Shown here in pieces: positions 21,003-32,760 of a stretch of 64,000 bases of DNA. A program made the translations under genes and the position numbers. Position 1 is the stretch's first letter; each line of letters begins with the position of its first letter. Source of the DNA: Selaginella moellendorffii (lineage: Eukaryota > Plantae > Lycopodiophyta). The DNA is taken from positions 376,499-440,498 of the forward strand of contig NW_003314323.1 in the NCBI RefSeq assembly GCF_000143415.4, given 5' to 3'. The notes under the pieces were generated by a model. It had not been told where the DNA came from. It saw nothing but the letters and a program-made list of their open reading frames with translations, and ran no database searches.

Positions 21003-24000
21003 ACTCCACCACCCATAGACAAAGTTCGATGTCCTCATCGAACGGTGAACCATTTTATAAAGTAACACCCGCATGTGTTACCATTTCCATCCTTGGCGCG
21101 TAGCCAATATTTGTCAATGGCGTGACATTGAAGGCTCACCATGCCTTCTCCATATTCGTCAATGGTTGGACATTGAAGGCTCACCATGCCTTTTGCATAT
21201 CCTCTAAGGAGGGTAGTCTCTCCAACTTAGAGACTGATTGAACCACACATAGTGGTTCTCTCCTTTTATTGGTTTAGTTCTCGCTAAACCTCTTAGAGAC
21301 CCTTCTCTAAGTCAATCCCACTACTCCTTCTCGAGTAGTCTCAATTTCCATCTATTGAACGTTTGCACCTTGGAACTTTTACTCTTTTGACTTTTGGAAG
21401 TCAATTTCCTAGGTGTCTCCAACACCTTGCATTGCACAGATTGTGCAACTCCACTTCCCTATCCTAGGAAGTTCATTACTTGAGGGCACCATCATCCTCT
21501 CTTCTATTTCGTGCCAAAGTTCCAGTTATCATACTTTGTGCTAGGGCTGTTCATGGCCCTATCATTTGGCTACCTTACCGCTCCCTCCCTTGGAGCTTCC
21601 ACTTTCGCCAAATCGGAGCATTTCGGAATCCTTCCTTGGAAACACACTTCCTTTCCCGCAACTTGTTAGCGTCCAACACATTAGTGTTCCTCGCCTAACT
21701 TTGTCACTTGGATTCCTTCCAAGGGATTCCACGGCCCTATCTTGGCCACTCATCTTTTGCTCCTATCCGTTGATTGTTGCACCAAGCAACATCGAATCTC
21801 TACCTCCCTCCTTGAGGTATTATTTCGGTTCCATAGCAAAGACTCTTCTTTGCCAAGTCCAGAGGATGTTCACCCCTAGTACGTCTCTTTAGCATCTTCT
21901 GCTATGGGCTCTATCCACGGCCCAACTTCGTGACCCTCCCATGGGTCTTTTATAGAGACTACTTTCCTCGGACTCACTATGCCATCGCATGGACATACTT
22001 TATTTCCCTTAGGTGCTCTTCCCACTTGGTCATCACAACCAAGCCACACCACCTTAAACAGTTCAATTTCAACATTTTAAACCCGGAACTTCATTCCTTA
22101 GCCAACCAAGGACCTTGTCCTTATCTAGCCATAAGATCACCTAGTGATTTCACCTTGGCACCTTAACAGAGTTGCCAAGAGGTACTTGGTCTTCTAGACC
22201 TCCAAGTTGTTGACTATAACCCCGGGGGCATCCCCCACGCTTGGCGGTGCACCCAAGCCAGCCCTTACGGCAAAGGGTTCATAGCAACTGAGATTAGGTG
22301 TCCCCATCTCACTCACCACGACCTTGGTGCCACTTGCACCAAAGCGTTCAAGTTAGATATGCCGAGCTTTCACTCTAAGCAATCTAACCGTGCATCACGA
22401 CTCCGAGGCATCCCTCGCTTGGCGGTGTGCCCAAACCAGTCTCCCCACTGAGAGTCCATGACCACCGAAATATGAGTGTCCTCATATTCCAAACCATCAC
22501 CACGCCCTAGTGATTTGGGACTCGAACCCAAGCACTAGAGGGTCGGGACTCGAACCCAACCTCCGTATATGCATCTACGGACGGCATCACACAAGATGCC
22601 TGGCGTGACTCCCCACGCCGGTGCACCAACTTATTTTTAAAGCGCGCTACAAATCACAGCTTAGGAACCTAGTTCCTTCGCACTGCCAAGTCCTCTCACT
22701 TGACAAGCCTGTGATCATGCATGGACTCCTCCATGCTCGGCCCCATGGCCCACCCTTTTTGAAGTTATCACCTTCAACTAGGGTATTTGTTCCCCCGACG
22801 TGCCAATCTCGCTTGGCAAGTTCTCCGACCACTGTAACATGGTTCCTGCATAAGCGTGAAAGTCCTTGACCATCGACTTTCGTTCAAAGCCCTCTCTTTG
22901 AACACTCGGGAACTACTTTCCTAACCTTGATAGCCTTGCCTCATGGCAAGCTTCAAGACCACGCTTCTGCTGCGCCACTCTGATTTCGCGCGTTCCATGA
23001 ACCATTTACACTTGGCCTTTCTAGGTACTAAGCTACCTAGAATCGTCTTTGGGAACCTTGAAGGAACTCTGTCCCTCAGCTTGCTAAGGCCTCCCTTTTG
23101 CAAGCCTTCCAAATGCCACATAGTCTAACATGGACAATTCCATAACTTAGACTCTCCATGGCATCACGGTTGCTAGCGGCAACACCCTCGAGCCCCCACT
23201 TGATTCCCCACTCCCAGCTGGCATAACCAACCTTGGTTATGCCCTTCGATTTCTATGGTTCAGTTCCATCCCAATACTACTTGCCTTTGGCTTCACAGCT
23301 TTCCTTCGGTCATTCTCCTCCAGATCAGGAGGATAGCTTTGCACTTTCTATCATGCCTTAGCAAGTATTCTTAGGGATGAACCTACCCAATAGCCCAGGG
23401 AGTGGTTCCTCAATCCGGGTATGCTCACTTTATAATCCCACACACTGGGATTACATTGTTACTTATGGGCCTTTACATGCCCATCACTAGCCTTGCCAAA
23501 ATTCCATTTTTGGCTTTGTCCAACTTGGGTAGACAGTCCTCTCCTGTCTCCGCAACCTTGGACATTTGGATAGCACCTTCTATCCATCATTCGCTAGGGA
23601 CTTAGTCCCTTGGGCTTTATCCATTGCCCTCGCGACATCAAACACCACCTTCTGGTGTTCTAGAGTGTTTAGGTGTCCCAATGATGGCTTTCTTGACAAT
23701 GAGTATTTCCTTTTATGACATTGACTTACTATATCGCAACACAAGCAACTTATCCCTCGTAAGGGTATATCCAACTTCCCTATGCTATTAAGAAGTCTTG
23801 GGTAGCTACCTTCTACCCGTTTAACCAGTTATTTTGCACCTCTTGCTTAGTTGCCCCATAGTTGTCAAGTCCTACAACTCATTGCTTGGTGCTTTCACAC
23901 CTCCATCATTATCTGGGTCACCACACTCCAACTGCATGCTCTGCAGCTTAGGCTATGCCATTCCCATTTCTATTGGGATTCCTTTGGCAAGGGGTTCTCA

Positions 24001-25104
24001 TGAACCCACCAACATAGCCTCAAGGTATCACACCTTGGCACATTTGGTGTCTCCACACCATCGGCTCCACGAGCCTACCTCTATGACACTTTCCCTTCGT
24101 GTCTAAGTCTTTTGCCAAGACCAACACCGCCCTTTCTCATGCCAACCATCCGTTAGCACTGCACCATAGAGGTCACACACAACTTTGTGTCAAAGTTGTT
24201 TTCTTCTGGGAACACCTTTCCCATAACTTTAGCATGGCACATTTTGCCATCGATGAGATACCCTCTGTTCTCATCCTTGGATCCTTCGATCCCCCCCCAT
24301 CCTTTGTGGGGTACAACACACCTCAGTCCAAACGCTTCCATCAGTCCTTTTAGGACCATCCCTTGACTCTACTTGAGTCATCTAGCAGTTTTGGACTTGG
24401 TTAATCCACAGACCCGTAAGGTCCTACTTGTGAGGCACTAGCTCACTGGAATACACTTCTTGCATTCCTGTCCTACTCAAAAGGACTATTTTCACAAGTG
24501 TTACTCCGACACTTGATTTTGTTCTCTGGGGGCAACCTTTGCCCCTTAGGACTACTTGTCCATGTGATGAGAACACCAACTCATCCACTTAATACACCCC
24601 CAACTCCTTGGGTTGTTCCAGCATTTATTAGTGGTAGCCCCGGCTACCTTTTCAAGGACTTGAGTCCTCTTCCGTATTTGACCTCCCACGGTCATTACTT
24701 CTGGTCTCACATTCATGAGCACCAACCTCAACTTTATGAGGAAAATCTTGTGACTCCTTTATTGCTTTGGAGTCTTTATCTATCCCGTGATCCCAATTGT
24801 AGTTGTTTACCACAACTACATTAACCAGTTTGCTAAGTCAAACGCTCATCTGGATCACATCCTCAACTCTTTGAGGAAAACCATATACTGTTCCCAAGAT
24901 CCCAAAGTCGTTCCATTATTGGCCCTTTTCTATCCACCACCTCGTCTACAAGTTCACACATGAACTGTAATGGAGAGCCATGTCTTCCCGACTTGCTACT
25001 CCTCAAGGATAGGCCCACTCCTCGGACCTTCCGATGCCAACACTAGTGGTGATATACTTGAGCACCAATAAAAGTCGGACTAAGGAACAGCTCCGATACC
25101 AAGT

Positions 25105-26206
25105 TGTAAGCGACTAAATTTCCCATTCTACTTTAGTCACTTAACCACACCTCTGACCACTTGGAGGAGTCTCATTCACAACCTCCATAAGTCCAATCCA
25201 GGACTTGGGACTTGCTAGCCCCGAGAATGGCATCCATGCCACTCAACATTTGCACTTGGTCCAAGTGCTCCACGTGTCCGATCCCATGACCGACACTCAA
25301 AGGTACCACCGACATAGCAGCCCGTTATGCTAAGGCCATGCCCAATCACCTTTGCCACACTGGTAGTCCAATACCACTTGCATCACCGTCTTGGCTCTCC
25401 AAGACTAGGCATACTATCCGTGAGTGGTCATCTCAGATCCACTCCTTAGCATCCTTAGGATGCCCACCGACAAGGGGAATAGCCTTCCCCAATATCCCTC
25501 TGTCAGTCCCCACTAAGTCCCTTTCTGCCCCTGGCCGTGTTTGCCAACACTGCCACTGGATCGAGACCCACAGGCCCGACCACTAAGTCCCACGGTCCTC
25601 TGGGACTTCCTCACCACACGACTGTGTCCTTGGTCACTACCCCAGAGGACTGCTCCTCTTCCTTTCCACAGTCTGGGCCTTTGGGACAACATCTCAGAAC
25701 ACCGTGGCCTTACGCGAGCCACCTGGGTACTCTCCTCGCCTTCTGCCTTTGGGTGCTCTAGCCATGGGCTTAGAGCGGGTTCCGTTGAGCCACACCAGGT
25801 ATCCAAGTAGGTAGTGCCACCCACACTTGGACTGGGAGCATCGGCCAGTCGATCTCCCGGGGGAACTAGAGCCGGCTCTTGAACACTTCACCAAACTACC
25901 CCGCTTGTCGGTCTGTGTTCACTCTAGTCTTGGACTTCCCAGTGGGCAGCTCATCACCCAACACTGGGTCCGGCCTTCCTGGGCCAAACTGGCCTTTCCT
26001 GGCCAAACTGGCTCCACTGCAGTCCTCCCCCTACTATACTTTTGGAGCTCACCAAACCCCCCAGGGTCTGGGAGACGAACGCTTTGGGCTTTCACCCTCT
26101 CAGGCTCCGGACTCGGACTCGGACTCGGACTCGGACTCGGACTCGGACTCGGACTCGGGCTCGGGCTCGGTCTCGGCCTCGGCCTCGGTCTCGGTCTCGG
26201 TCCCGA

Positions 26207-26238
<32 letters not shown>

Positions 26239-26947
26239 CCGGTCTCGGTCTCGACTTCGGACTCCATCTCGGACTCCATCTCGGACTCCATCTCGGACTC
26301 CATCTCGGGTCCATCTCGGGTCCATCTCGGACTCCATCTCGGACTCCATCTCGGGTCCATCTCGGACTCCATCTCGAACTCCATTTCGGGTCCCTCTCGG
26401 GTCCACCTTGGACTCCATCTCGGACTCCATCTCGGGTCCATCTCGGACTCCATCTCGGACTCCATTTCGGGTCCATCTCGGGTCCACCTCGGACTCCATC
26501 TCGGACTCCATCTCGGACTCCATCTCGGACTCCATCTCGGGTCCATCTCGGACTCCACTTCGGACTCCAACTCGGGTCCACCTCGGACTCCACTTCGGAC
26601 TCCTTCTCGGACTCCATCTTGGGTCCATCTCGGACTCCACTTCGGACTCCAACTCGGGTCCATCTCGGACTCCACTTCGGACTCCAACTCGGGTCCATCT
26701 CGGGTTCATCTCGGACACTCCCACGTGTCATGTGTTGGCCCTTTTGGGTCTCTTTTTGGAGCCTCGCCTTTTACTCGCTTCGTGCTCGTTCCTCGAGCAC
26801 TTCGTTGGGAGTTCCACTCCCGCTCTTGACTTTTCAAGTCGGAGCTTTTGGTCCAAACGTGTTACGCTCGTTTGGCTCTCGCTTCGGCCACTACCATGTG
26901 GCGCCCTTCCGGCTCCACTTTGGGGCCTAGGGATTTTGTGTCTCACA
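25105..26947 (-). repeat. 5' LTR of inner element (1843 bp)
   Basis: Direct repeat of 19130-21002, adjacent to the PBS. Confidence 0.95.
26109..26715. repeat. Second copy of the LTR satellite, starting with (GGACTC)8
   Basis: Read directly; unit numbers differ from the left copy. Confidence 0.95.
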
Positions 26948-26998
26948 ATCTTGAAGAGAACCCTGATGGTCTTCTATTATCCCGAGAGGAGGGGATGA

Positions 26999-27173
26999 TG
27001 TGAGGGCCAAGTGTACGGTTACGATGCTGTATACTAATATTAGCGTAGTGGGATTTTGGTAGCCGTTGGATTGGTTTCAATCTGGACCACTCGCTCCTAT
27101 ATATAAACTAGGGTTTTTGGGCTAATTGATATGGACATTTCTGTATTCCCTTTCCATATTCCAAGCACTCACA
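26999..27173 (+). repeat. 3' LTR of outer gypsy element (175 bp)
   Basis: Preceded by a polypurine tract and followed by TSD TCAA. Confidence 0.92.
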
Positions 27174-27789
27174 TCAATAATTTTTAAAGAACTTTAATTT
27201 TCTTTACGTAACATAAGTTATAAAAGTTTAAAAATATATTCTTTTTTAATTCTTTAAAAATCTTGATAAAAGAAATTAATAAAAAACATTATGCACTATA
27301 CAGTTATTTATAATTATAATTAATAAAAAAATTATATATATAAATATAGTTAAATTACATTATTTATTGCTTTCTAATCCAAAATAACAATTCCTAACAA
27401 ATACTTGAAAATGTTTTTAACAACATTTTAGTAAACTTCTCCTAGATTCTTGAGAATTGTTAATATAAATTTTCTAAATTTTATAATTTTAGCTAAGAAC
27501 TGTAATTTATTCCCAAAAAAATAACTATATTATTTTTACTACTTAAATATGCAAATTTAATTAATTATTCTTCATTTGTGATTCTTAAAATTTTTCCTTC
27601 TATCAATTGCATAAGTTGTCAATTGTTTATAAAGTCTTATTTCTTTAATCATACATTTGATATAAGTAGCAGGTATTCTAAATTTAAAAATTAGTTTTTA
27701 GCTCAAAATAATTTCTTAATTGAAATAATTGTTATATTAAGTTATCTAAGTACTATTTCTGAGTTTGTAATCAGAAAAACGTTTGATAG

Positions 27790-28140
27790 TGTGTCCAGCT
27801 CGTTCAGCTGATTTAGATGTTTTCCATTGTTAAATATCTTGTGCACAGGAATCATGCATTTCTCCCATTGTGCTCCACACTCCAAGTTGTTATAATTCCC
27901 AGATCTATTTCGTATCGCAGAGTGGATGGAAAGACACTTCAGGGACACATGAGTGGATGGTTTTGCTTATTTTTGTATCCTATACATGGAGAGAGGCATA
28001 CGAATCAATGTTAGAGATTAGGGCTCTTGATAAGGCCTCGATCTGGATCTCCAGATCGATTGCCCGCGCGGCAAAATCCCCCGCATTTCCAATGTCCCCA
28101 AGTGACTAGAATTCTCAGCTCCATGGCCAGGCATTCTAGC
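27790..28140 (-). pseudogene. Collapsed remnant of the PPR gene at 11617-13422, including its start region
   Basis: CCAGATCGATTGCCCGCGCGGCAAAATCCCCCGCATTTCCAATGTCCC and CTCCATGGCCAGGCATTCTAGCT match 13326-13439. Shorter collinear matches extend to 13212-13285 and 12734-12810. Confidence 0.8.
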
Positions 28141-28146
28141 TAAGTT

Positions 28147-29634
28147 ATGAGCGGCAATACTTCCACCAATTTCGCCTCTCTTTCACCTCCGCGGGCTCGA
28201 TCCTCTTCTGGCACTGCCGACGATCTCGCCCGGAGGATCCGTGCCAGCGGCGAGTCCAAGCATCTGGCTGAGGCAAACCGACTGGACGCCGAGATCGCAG
28301 TAAGCAGCGAGCATCGCCGGGACAGATATCTCGCCAATCTACTGATCGAGGCGTTTGGAAAATGCGAGTGCCTGGCATCCGCGCGGAGGGTCTTTGACTC
28401 GATCGATGAGCCAAACATCTTCTCATGGAGCATCATCATCTCCGCCTATGCCCAGAATGGGCAAGTGGAGATTGCGAGGGACTTGTACGAAGGAATGCCT
28501 ACTAAGAATGTGATCTCCGGGAACGCGCTCATAGCGGCATATGCCCAGAGCGGGAATATCCAGGCCGCCACGTCGATGTTTCGAGTGATGACTCAGCGCG
28601 ACATTGTGACGTGGAATACCCTGCTGGCCGCATATTCCCAGCAGGGGCATCTGGCAGATGCGAAGAGAACCTTTGGTTCTATGCCCGAGAGAGATGTAGT
28701 ATCGTGGACGACAATGCTGGGAGTCTACTGTCAAGATGGGAATCTTGAGGGATCCGAGAGAATCTTTCGCTTGATGCCTGAAAAGAATATTGCGTCGTGG
28801 AACGCGCTCATGGCCGCATATACCCAAAACAGGCATCTTGATGGTGCTAAAGAGACGTTTGCTTTGATGCCTTACAGGAATCTCGTTTCGTGGACGACGC
28901 TAATGGAGGCTTATGCAAAATCCGGGAATCTTTCAGATGCCAAGGAGACGTTCGACCAGATGCCGGAAAGGAATCTTGTGTCGTGGACAGTCATCCTGCT
29001 AGCATATGCCCAGCTTGGGCATATGGACAATGTCCGCGAGATGCTGGATGAGATTCCCCAGACGGACTCGGTGCTTCTGACTGCCATGATCACGTCATTT
29101 GCCCGCAGTGGACATCTGATGGAATCCAAAGACATCTTCTTCGGCAGGATGAAAGGGTGCAAGAGCCTCGTCTCGTGGAACGCAATGCTGGACGCGTACG
29201 CGCTGAACGCGTGCTACGAGCAAGCGCTGAAGCTGCTCGAGTTCATGAGCTGGGAGGGCGTCCGGCCCGACGCCTTCACCTTCGTCACCATTCTCACGGC
29301 GTCGAGCCACCTGGGCGAGATCGAGAGGTGCAGAGAGGCTTTCGTCTCCATGGCGCAGGATCACGGGATGACCCCGGAGCTGGAGCATTACAGCTGCATG
29401 ATCGACATTCTTGGGCGCGGTGGGCGACTTGACAAAGCCGAGGATCTCATCCGAAACATGCCGTTTCAGCCCGAGCCGGTCCTGTGGCTCACTCTGCTGG
29501 CTGCGTGTAAGATGCACGGGGACTTGGATCGAGCAGCTCGCATTGGAGAGGAGGTGTCGAGGCTGGATCCTCAGCGCGGATCTACGTATCTGCTGCTTTC
29601 AAGTGCCTTTCAAAAAGATAGTTGTTCCACATAA
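28147..29634 (+). CDS. PLS-class PPR protein (E-type, no DYW)
   Basis: 495-aa intronless ORF with PPR repeats, HYSCMIDILGRGG, WLTLLAACKMHGD and TYLLLS. Confidence 0.94.
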   Translation: MSGNTSTNFASLSPPRARSSSGTADDLARRIRASGESKHLAEANRLDAEIAVSSEHRRDRYLANLLIEAFGKCECLASARRVFDSIDEPNIFSWSIIISAYAQNGQVEIARDLYEGMPTKNVISGNALIAAYAQSGNIQAATSMFRVMTQRDIVTWNTLLAAYSQQGHLADAKRTFGSMPERDVVSWTTMLGVYCQDGNLEGSERIFRLMPEKNIASWNALMAAYTQNRHLDGAKETFALMPYRNLVSWTTLMEAYAKSGNLSDAKETFDQMPERNLVSWTVILLAYAQLGHMDNVREMLDEIPQTDSVLLTAMITSFARSGHLMESKDIFFGRMKGCKSLVSWNAMLDAYALNACYEQALKLLEFMSWEGVRPDAFTFVTILTASSHLGEIERCREAFVSMAQDHGMTPELEHYSCMIDILGRGGRLDKAEDLIRNMPFQPEPVLWLTLLAACKMHGDLDRAARIGEEVSRLDPQRGSTYLLLSSAFQKDSCST

Positions 29635-29691
29635 AACTCAAGAGTGTCTTGCTGCTACTATCAAGTTGCCACTATACTTATAAATGGATAG

Positions 29692-31779
29692 ATGAAAAGA
29701 TGCAAGACTTTAAAAAGAGAGTATCTAAGCTTTGATGATCTCAGGTCATATGGTGCTGCATTGCAACAGGTGATTCATTCCAAAGACCTCTGTCGAGCAA
29801 AATCAATTCATGCAACGCTTAAGGACAAGCAGCAAGATGGAAACACATTCCTTGGGAATCTCCTGGTGCAAATGTACGGAAGCTGCGGCAGCATTAAGGA
29901 ATCGAGGCTGGCCTTCGATACCATCCAGCGGAAAAACGTCTTCTCATGGAACATCATGGTGTCCGCATTTGCCCACAATGGGTATTTGCAGGAAACTATG
30001 GCGGCCTTTGGGAAAATGCCGTCACACAACGTTGTGTCGTGGAATGCAGTGGCGGCAGCGCTGGTTCAGAGTGGGAGCTTGGAAGACGCACGGCAGGTGT
30101 TCTTGAGGATGCCCGAGAAAAACCTCGTGTCATGGAATGCTCTTCTTGGTTTATATGCCCAGGCAGGGCATCTGGTGGACGCGAAGCAGATCTTTGATGA
30201 GATGCCCCAAAGAGACGTTGTATCATGGAACACCCTTCTGTCAACCTTTGGACACGACAGAAAGCAACATTCTATTGATTCCGCAATGCTCGTGTTTGAT
30301 CGAATTCCGCAGCACAGCGTCGTAACTTGGAATTCAGTGATTACCGCGAATGCCTTGGCAGGACATCTTGACACTGCCAAAGCTCTGTTTTTTGGAATGC
30401 CGGAGAGGGACGCTGTCTCTTGGAACTCCATCGTTTCTGGTTTCGTGCAAGGCGGGCGGATAGCCGACGGCAAGATCATCTTCCAAAGAATGCCATTCCA
30501 GGATCTTGTATCACGGAACGCTGTGGCAGCGGCAGATGCCAAGGAAGGGGATCTTTCCGTCGCCTTGCGGCTGTTCGAGCAGACCCGCAGCGCGATCATG
30601 GGCACGGCGCTCATCTCCGCCTACACCGCCTCCAATCGCCTCGAGGAAGCGCGCAAGATCTTTGCGATGATCCAAGACCAGGACGTAATCTCCTGGACGA
30701 GCATGATCGCGGGCTGCGCAGCGAACCAGCAGCTGGGCGAAGCGAGGCTGCTCTTCGATCGAATACCGCAGCGCGACACCATCTCCTGGACCTCGATGAT
30801 CGCATCCTACGCCCAGGCCGGGGACCTCCAAGAATCCATGAGCCTCTTCTCGGCGGCGCCCCATCGCGATGGCGTCTCCTACAATGCCATGATCCAGGCC
30901 TACGTCGTGAGTGGCAAGCTCAATCAAGCCCGGGCGTTCTTTGAGCAGATGTGCGTGGATGGGCAGCACAATCCCGGATCCTGGAACACGATCATCGCGG
31001 CATACTCTCAAATCGGCCAGAGCCAGGAAGCGCTGAGAATCTTTCGCCGAATGGATCTGGAGGGCGTCCCAGCGAACGGCATTACCCTGATTTGCGCACT
31101 GGATGCTTGCACCAGCATCGCGGCGCTGGAGCTCGGCAGGATCATCCATGCCCACGCCATTGCCGCGCGGCTCTTCCGCGACGTTGGCGTCGCGACGCAG
31201 CTCATCGACATGTACGCGAAATGCGGCAAGCTCCGCGACGCGCGGCGCGTCTTCGATAAAATGGAGGAGCGAAACACACTGACGTGGAACACGGTTATTG
31301 CGGCGTACCAAGGCCATGGTCAGAATCCGTGCGACCGTACAGGTCACGTTTTGGGCCTCTTTCTGGCCATGATGAGCGAGGGATTCGAACCCAGCGACGT
31401 GACAATGCTTAGCGTGATCTCTGCGTTTAGTCACGCTGGGCTCTTGGAAGAGAGCTCGCATTACTTTGTTTCGAGCTCCTGGGATTTTGGAGTGGTGGTG
31501 AAGCTCGATCACTACCAGTGTGTGATTGATCTCTTGAGCCGGCTTGGAGAGCTGGGGACTGGCGAGGAACTCGTCGAGAGAATGCCGTTTGAGCCTGACT
31601 TAACTGCGTGGAAAACGCTGTTAAGCGCATGTAGAGTTCATGGAGATTGTGAACGAGCTGCGAGAGCTGCTGTGAATATTTTGGAGCTTGATCTGGACGA
31701 TGGTTCTATTTATGCACTATTGGCTAACACCTACACATCCGATTTGGAGTTAAAAACTTCAAACCAAACAATGCATTAG
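29692..31779 (+). CDS. PLS-class PPR protein (E-type, no DYW)
   Basis: 695-aa intronless ORF with PPR repeats, LIDMYAKCG, WKTLLSACRVHGD and YALLANTY. Confidence 0.94.
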   Translation: MKRCKTLKREYLSFDDLRSYGAALQQVIHSKDLCRAKSIHATLKDKQQDGNTFLGNLLVQMYGSCGSIKESRLAFDTIQRKNVFSWNIMVSAFAHNGYLQETMAAFGKMPSHNVVSWNAVAAALVQSGSLEDARQVFLRMPEKNLVSWNALLGLYAQAGHLVDAKQIFDEMPQRDVVSWNTLLSTFGHDRKQHSIDSAMLVFDRIPQHSVVTWNSVITANALAGHLDTAKALFFGMPERDAVSWNSIVSGFVQGGRIADGKIIFQRMPFQDLVSRNAVAAADAKEGDLSVALRLFEQTRSAIMGTALISAYTASNRLEEARKIFAMIQDQDVISWTSMIAGCAANQQLGEARLLFDRIPQRDTISWTSMIASYAQAGDLQESMSLFSAAPHRDGVSYNAMIQAYVVSGKLNQARAFFEQMCVDGQHNPGSWNTIIAAYSQIGQSQEALRIFRRMDLEGVPANGITLICALDACTSIAALELGRIIHAHAIAARLFRDVGVATQLIDMYAKCGKLRDARRVFDKMEERNTLTWNTVIAAYQGHGQNPCDRTGHVLGLFLAMMSEGFEPSDVTMLSVISAFSHAGLLEESSHYFVSSSWDFGVVVKLDHYQCVIDLLSRLGELGTGEELVERMPFEPDLTAWKTLLSACRVHGDCERAARAAVNILELDLDDGSIYALLANTYTSDLELKTSNQTMH

Positions 31780-32760
31780 ATTCCTTGCGGATGACATTTT
31801 CAAATATTTCTTCACTCAATCCTCAAATCTCCATCAGACTTGTTCCATAATGCATAAAGAATTAATGTCACTACAATGGATTAATGTAAAATAGAATGTG
31901 TGACAAATTAATTTTTTTCTTTTGTGAAGTTTGGTTTGTTTAATAGTAAATGATCTATAATTTATAAACAAAATATTTTCTAATTCAATAAAAAAATCTA
32001 ACAAGATACCCAATAAATTCATATAAAATTTCAAACTTTATTACATATATAAATTTGATATTTTATAAGTGTGTTTCAATTTGATATAGTGTTACAATAT
32101 ACTCGTGCTATGCAAATCTATTGTTACTCAAATATTACAAAAGAAATATTGAATTTTTCCAAATGAGAAAATATTATTATAAAAGAGGCAGAGTAAAAAA
32201 AAAGAGTGATAAAAAATTCTAAATAAAAAATAATTAAAATATATTAAAATGTATAAATTATAAAAAACAAAAAACTTTAGAAACACCTTGTTTCGGGGAG
32301 AGATAAGTATTCATATTAGTTTATTAAAAGCTTGGAAAACATTTTATTTTCTGTGAGAAAGGATATTCTCATTATTTTTTTCTTTAAAAAATTTTAAAAT
32401 TTGAATGAAATATAGATGCAAAATATTAATAAATTAATATTCCTAGCTTTTAACTTTTGGAAGCATTCTCTATACACTCAACAGCATCTACCCAATTAAA
32501 TCAGGGCATTCTCTAACAACATGTCGCAGCATCTGACATATGCAGCATCTAAGCAAGTTCCCCACTAATCTCCACAATCACACACTCTGTATTTTCTTGG
32601 AATTTTTTTCTAAAAGTATAACGTATGGTGAAGTATCTAACTGCGAAGTGATAGCAAAGGAGCTTCTTTCATCGGCGCGCTCGGCAGACATGGCCATCGT
32701 ACCGTAAAGACGGTGGCGGTGGATCTCGACGATGTTTTCTTTAGCTTTTTATTTGGGCGA

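Larger units (their letters stand above)
19130..26947 (-). mobile_element. Young non-autonomous long-LTR retroelement (LARD-like) nested in the outer element
   Basis: LTRs 19130-21002 and 25105-26947 (TG...CA) are nearly identical. 5-bp TSD ATCTT (19125-19129 and 26948-26952). PBS TGGTATCGGAGC at 25090-25101 (minus) and PPT-like GGGTGGTGGAG next to the left LTR. The 4.1-kb interior has no long ORF. Confidence 0.92.
13731..27173 (+). mobile_element. Decayed Ty3/gypsy LTR retrotransposon with short LTRs (outer element of the nest)
   Basis: LTRs 13731-13895 and 26999-27173 both run TGTGAG...CTCACA. 4-bp TSD TCAA (13727-13730 and 27174-27177). PPT GAGAGGAGGGGATGA precedes the 3' LTR. Domain order is gag, then PR-RT-RH-INT. 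Confidence 0.93.

Noticed and set aside
19852-21065. Long ORFs in all six frames (GL, SD, RT/RS, RD repeats), repeated at 25827-26998
   Set aside because: By-products of a stop-free hexamer/12-mer satellite inside LTRs; not SR or Ser-Asp proteins.
21003-25104. gag-pol in the inner element
   Set aside because: No convincing protease, RT or integrase motif could be read on either strand by eye.
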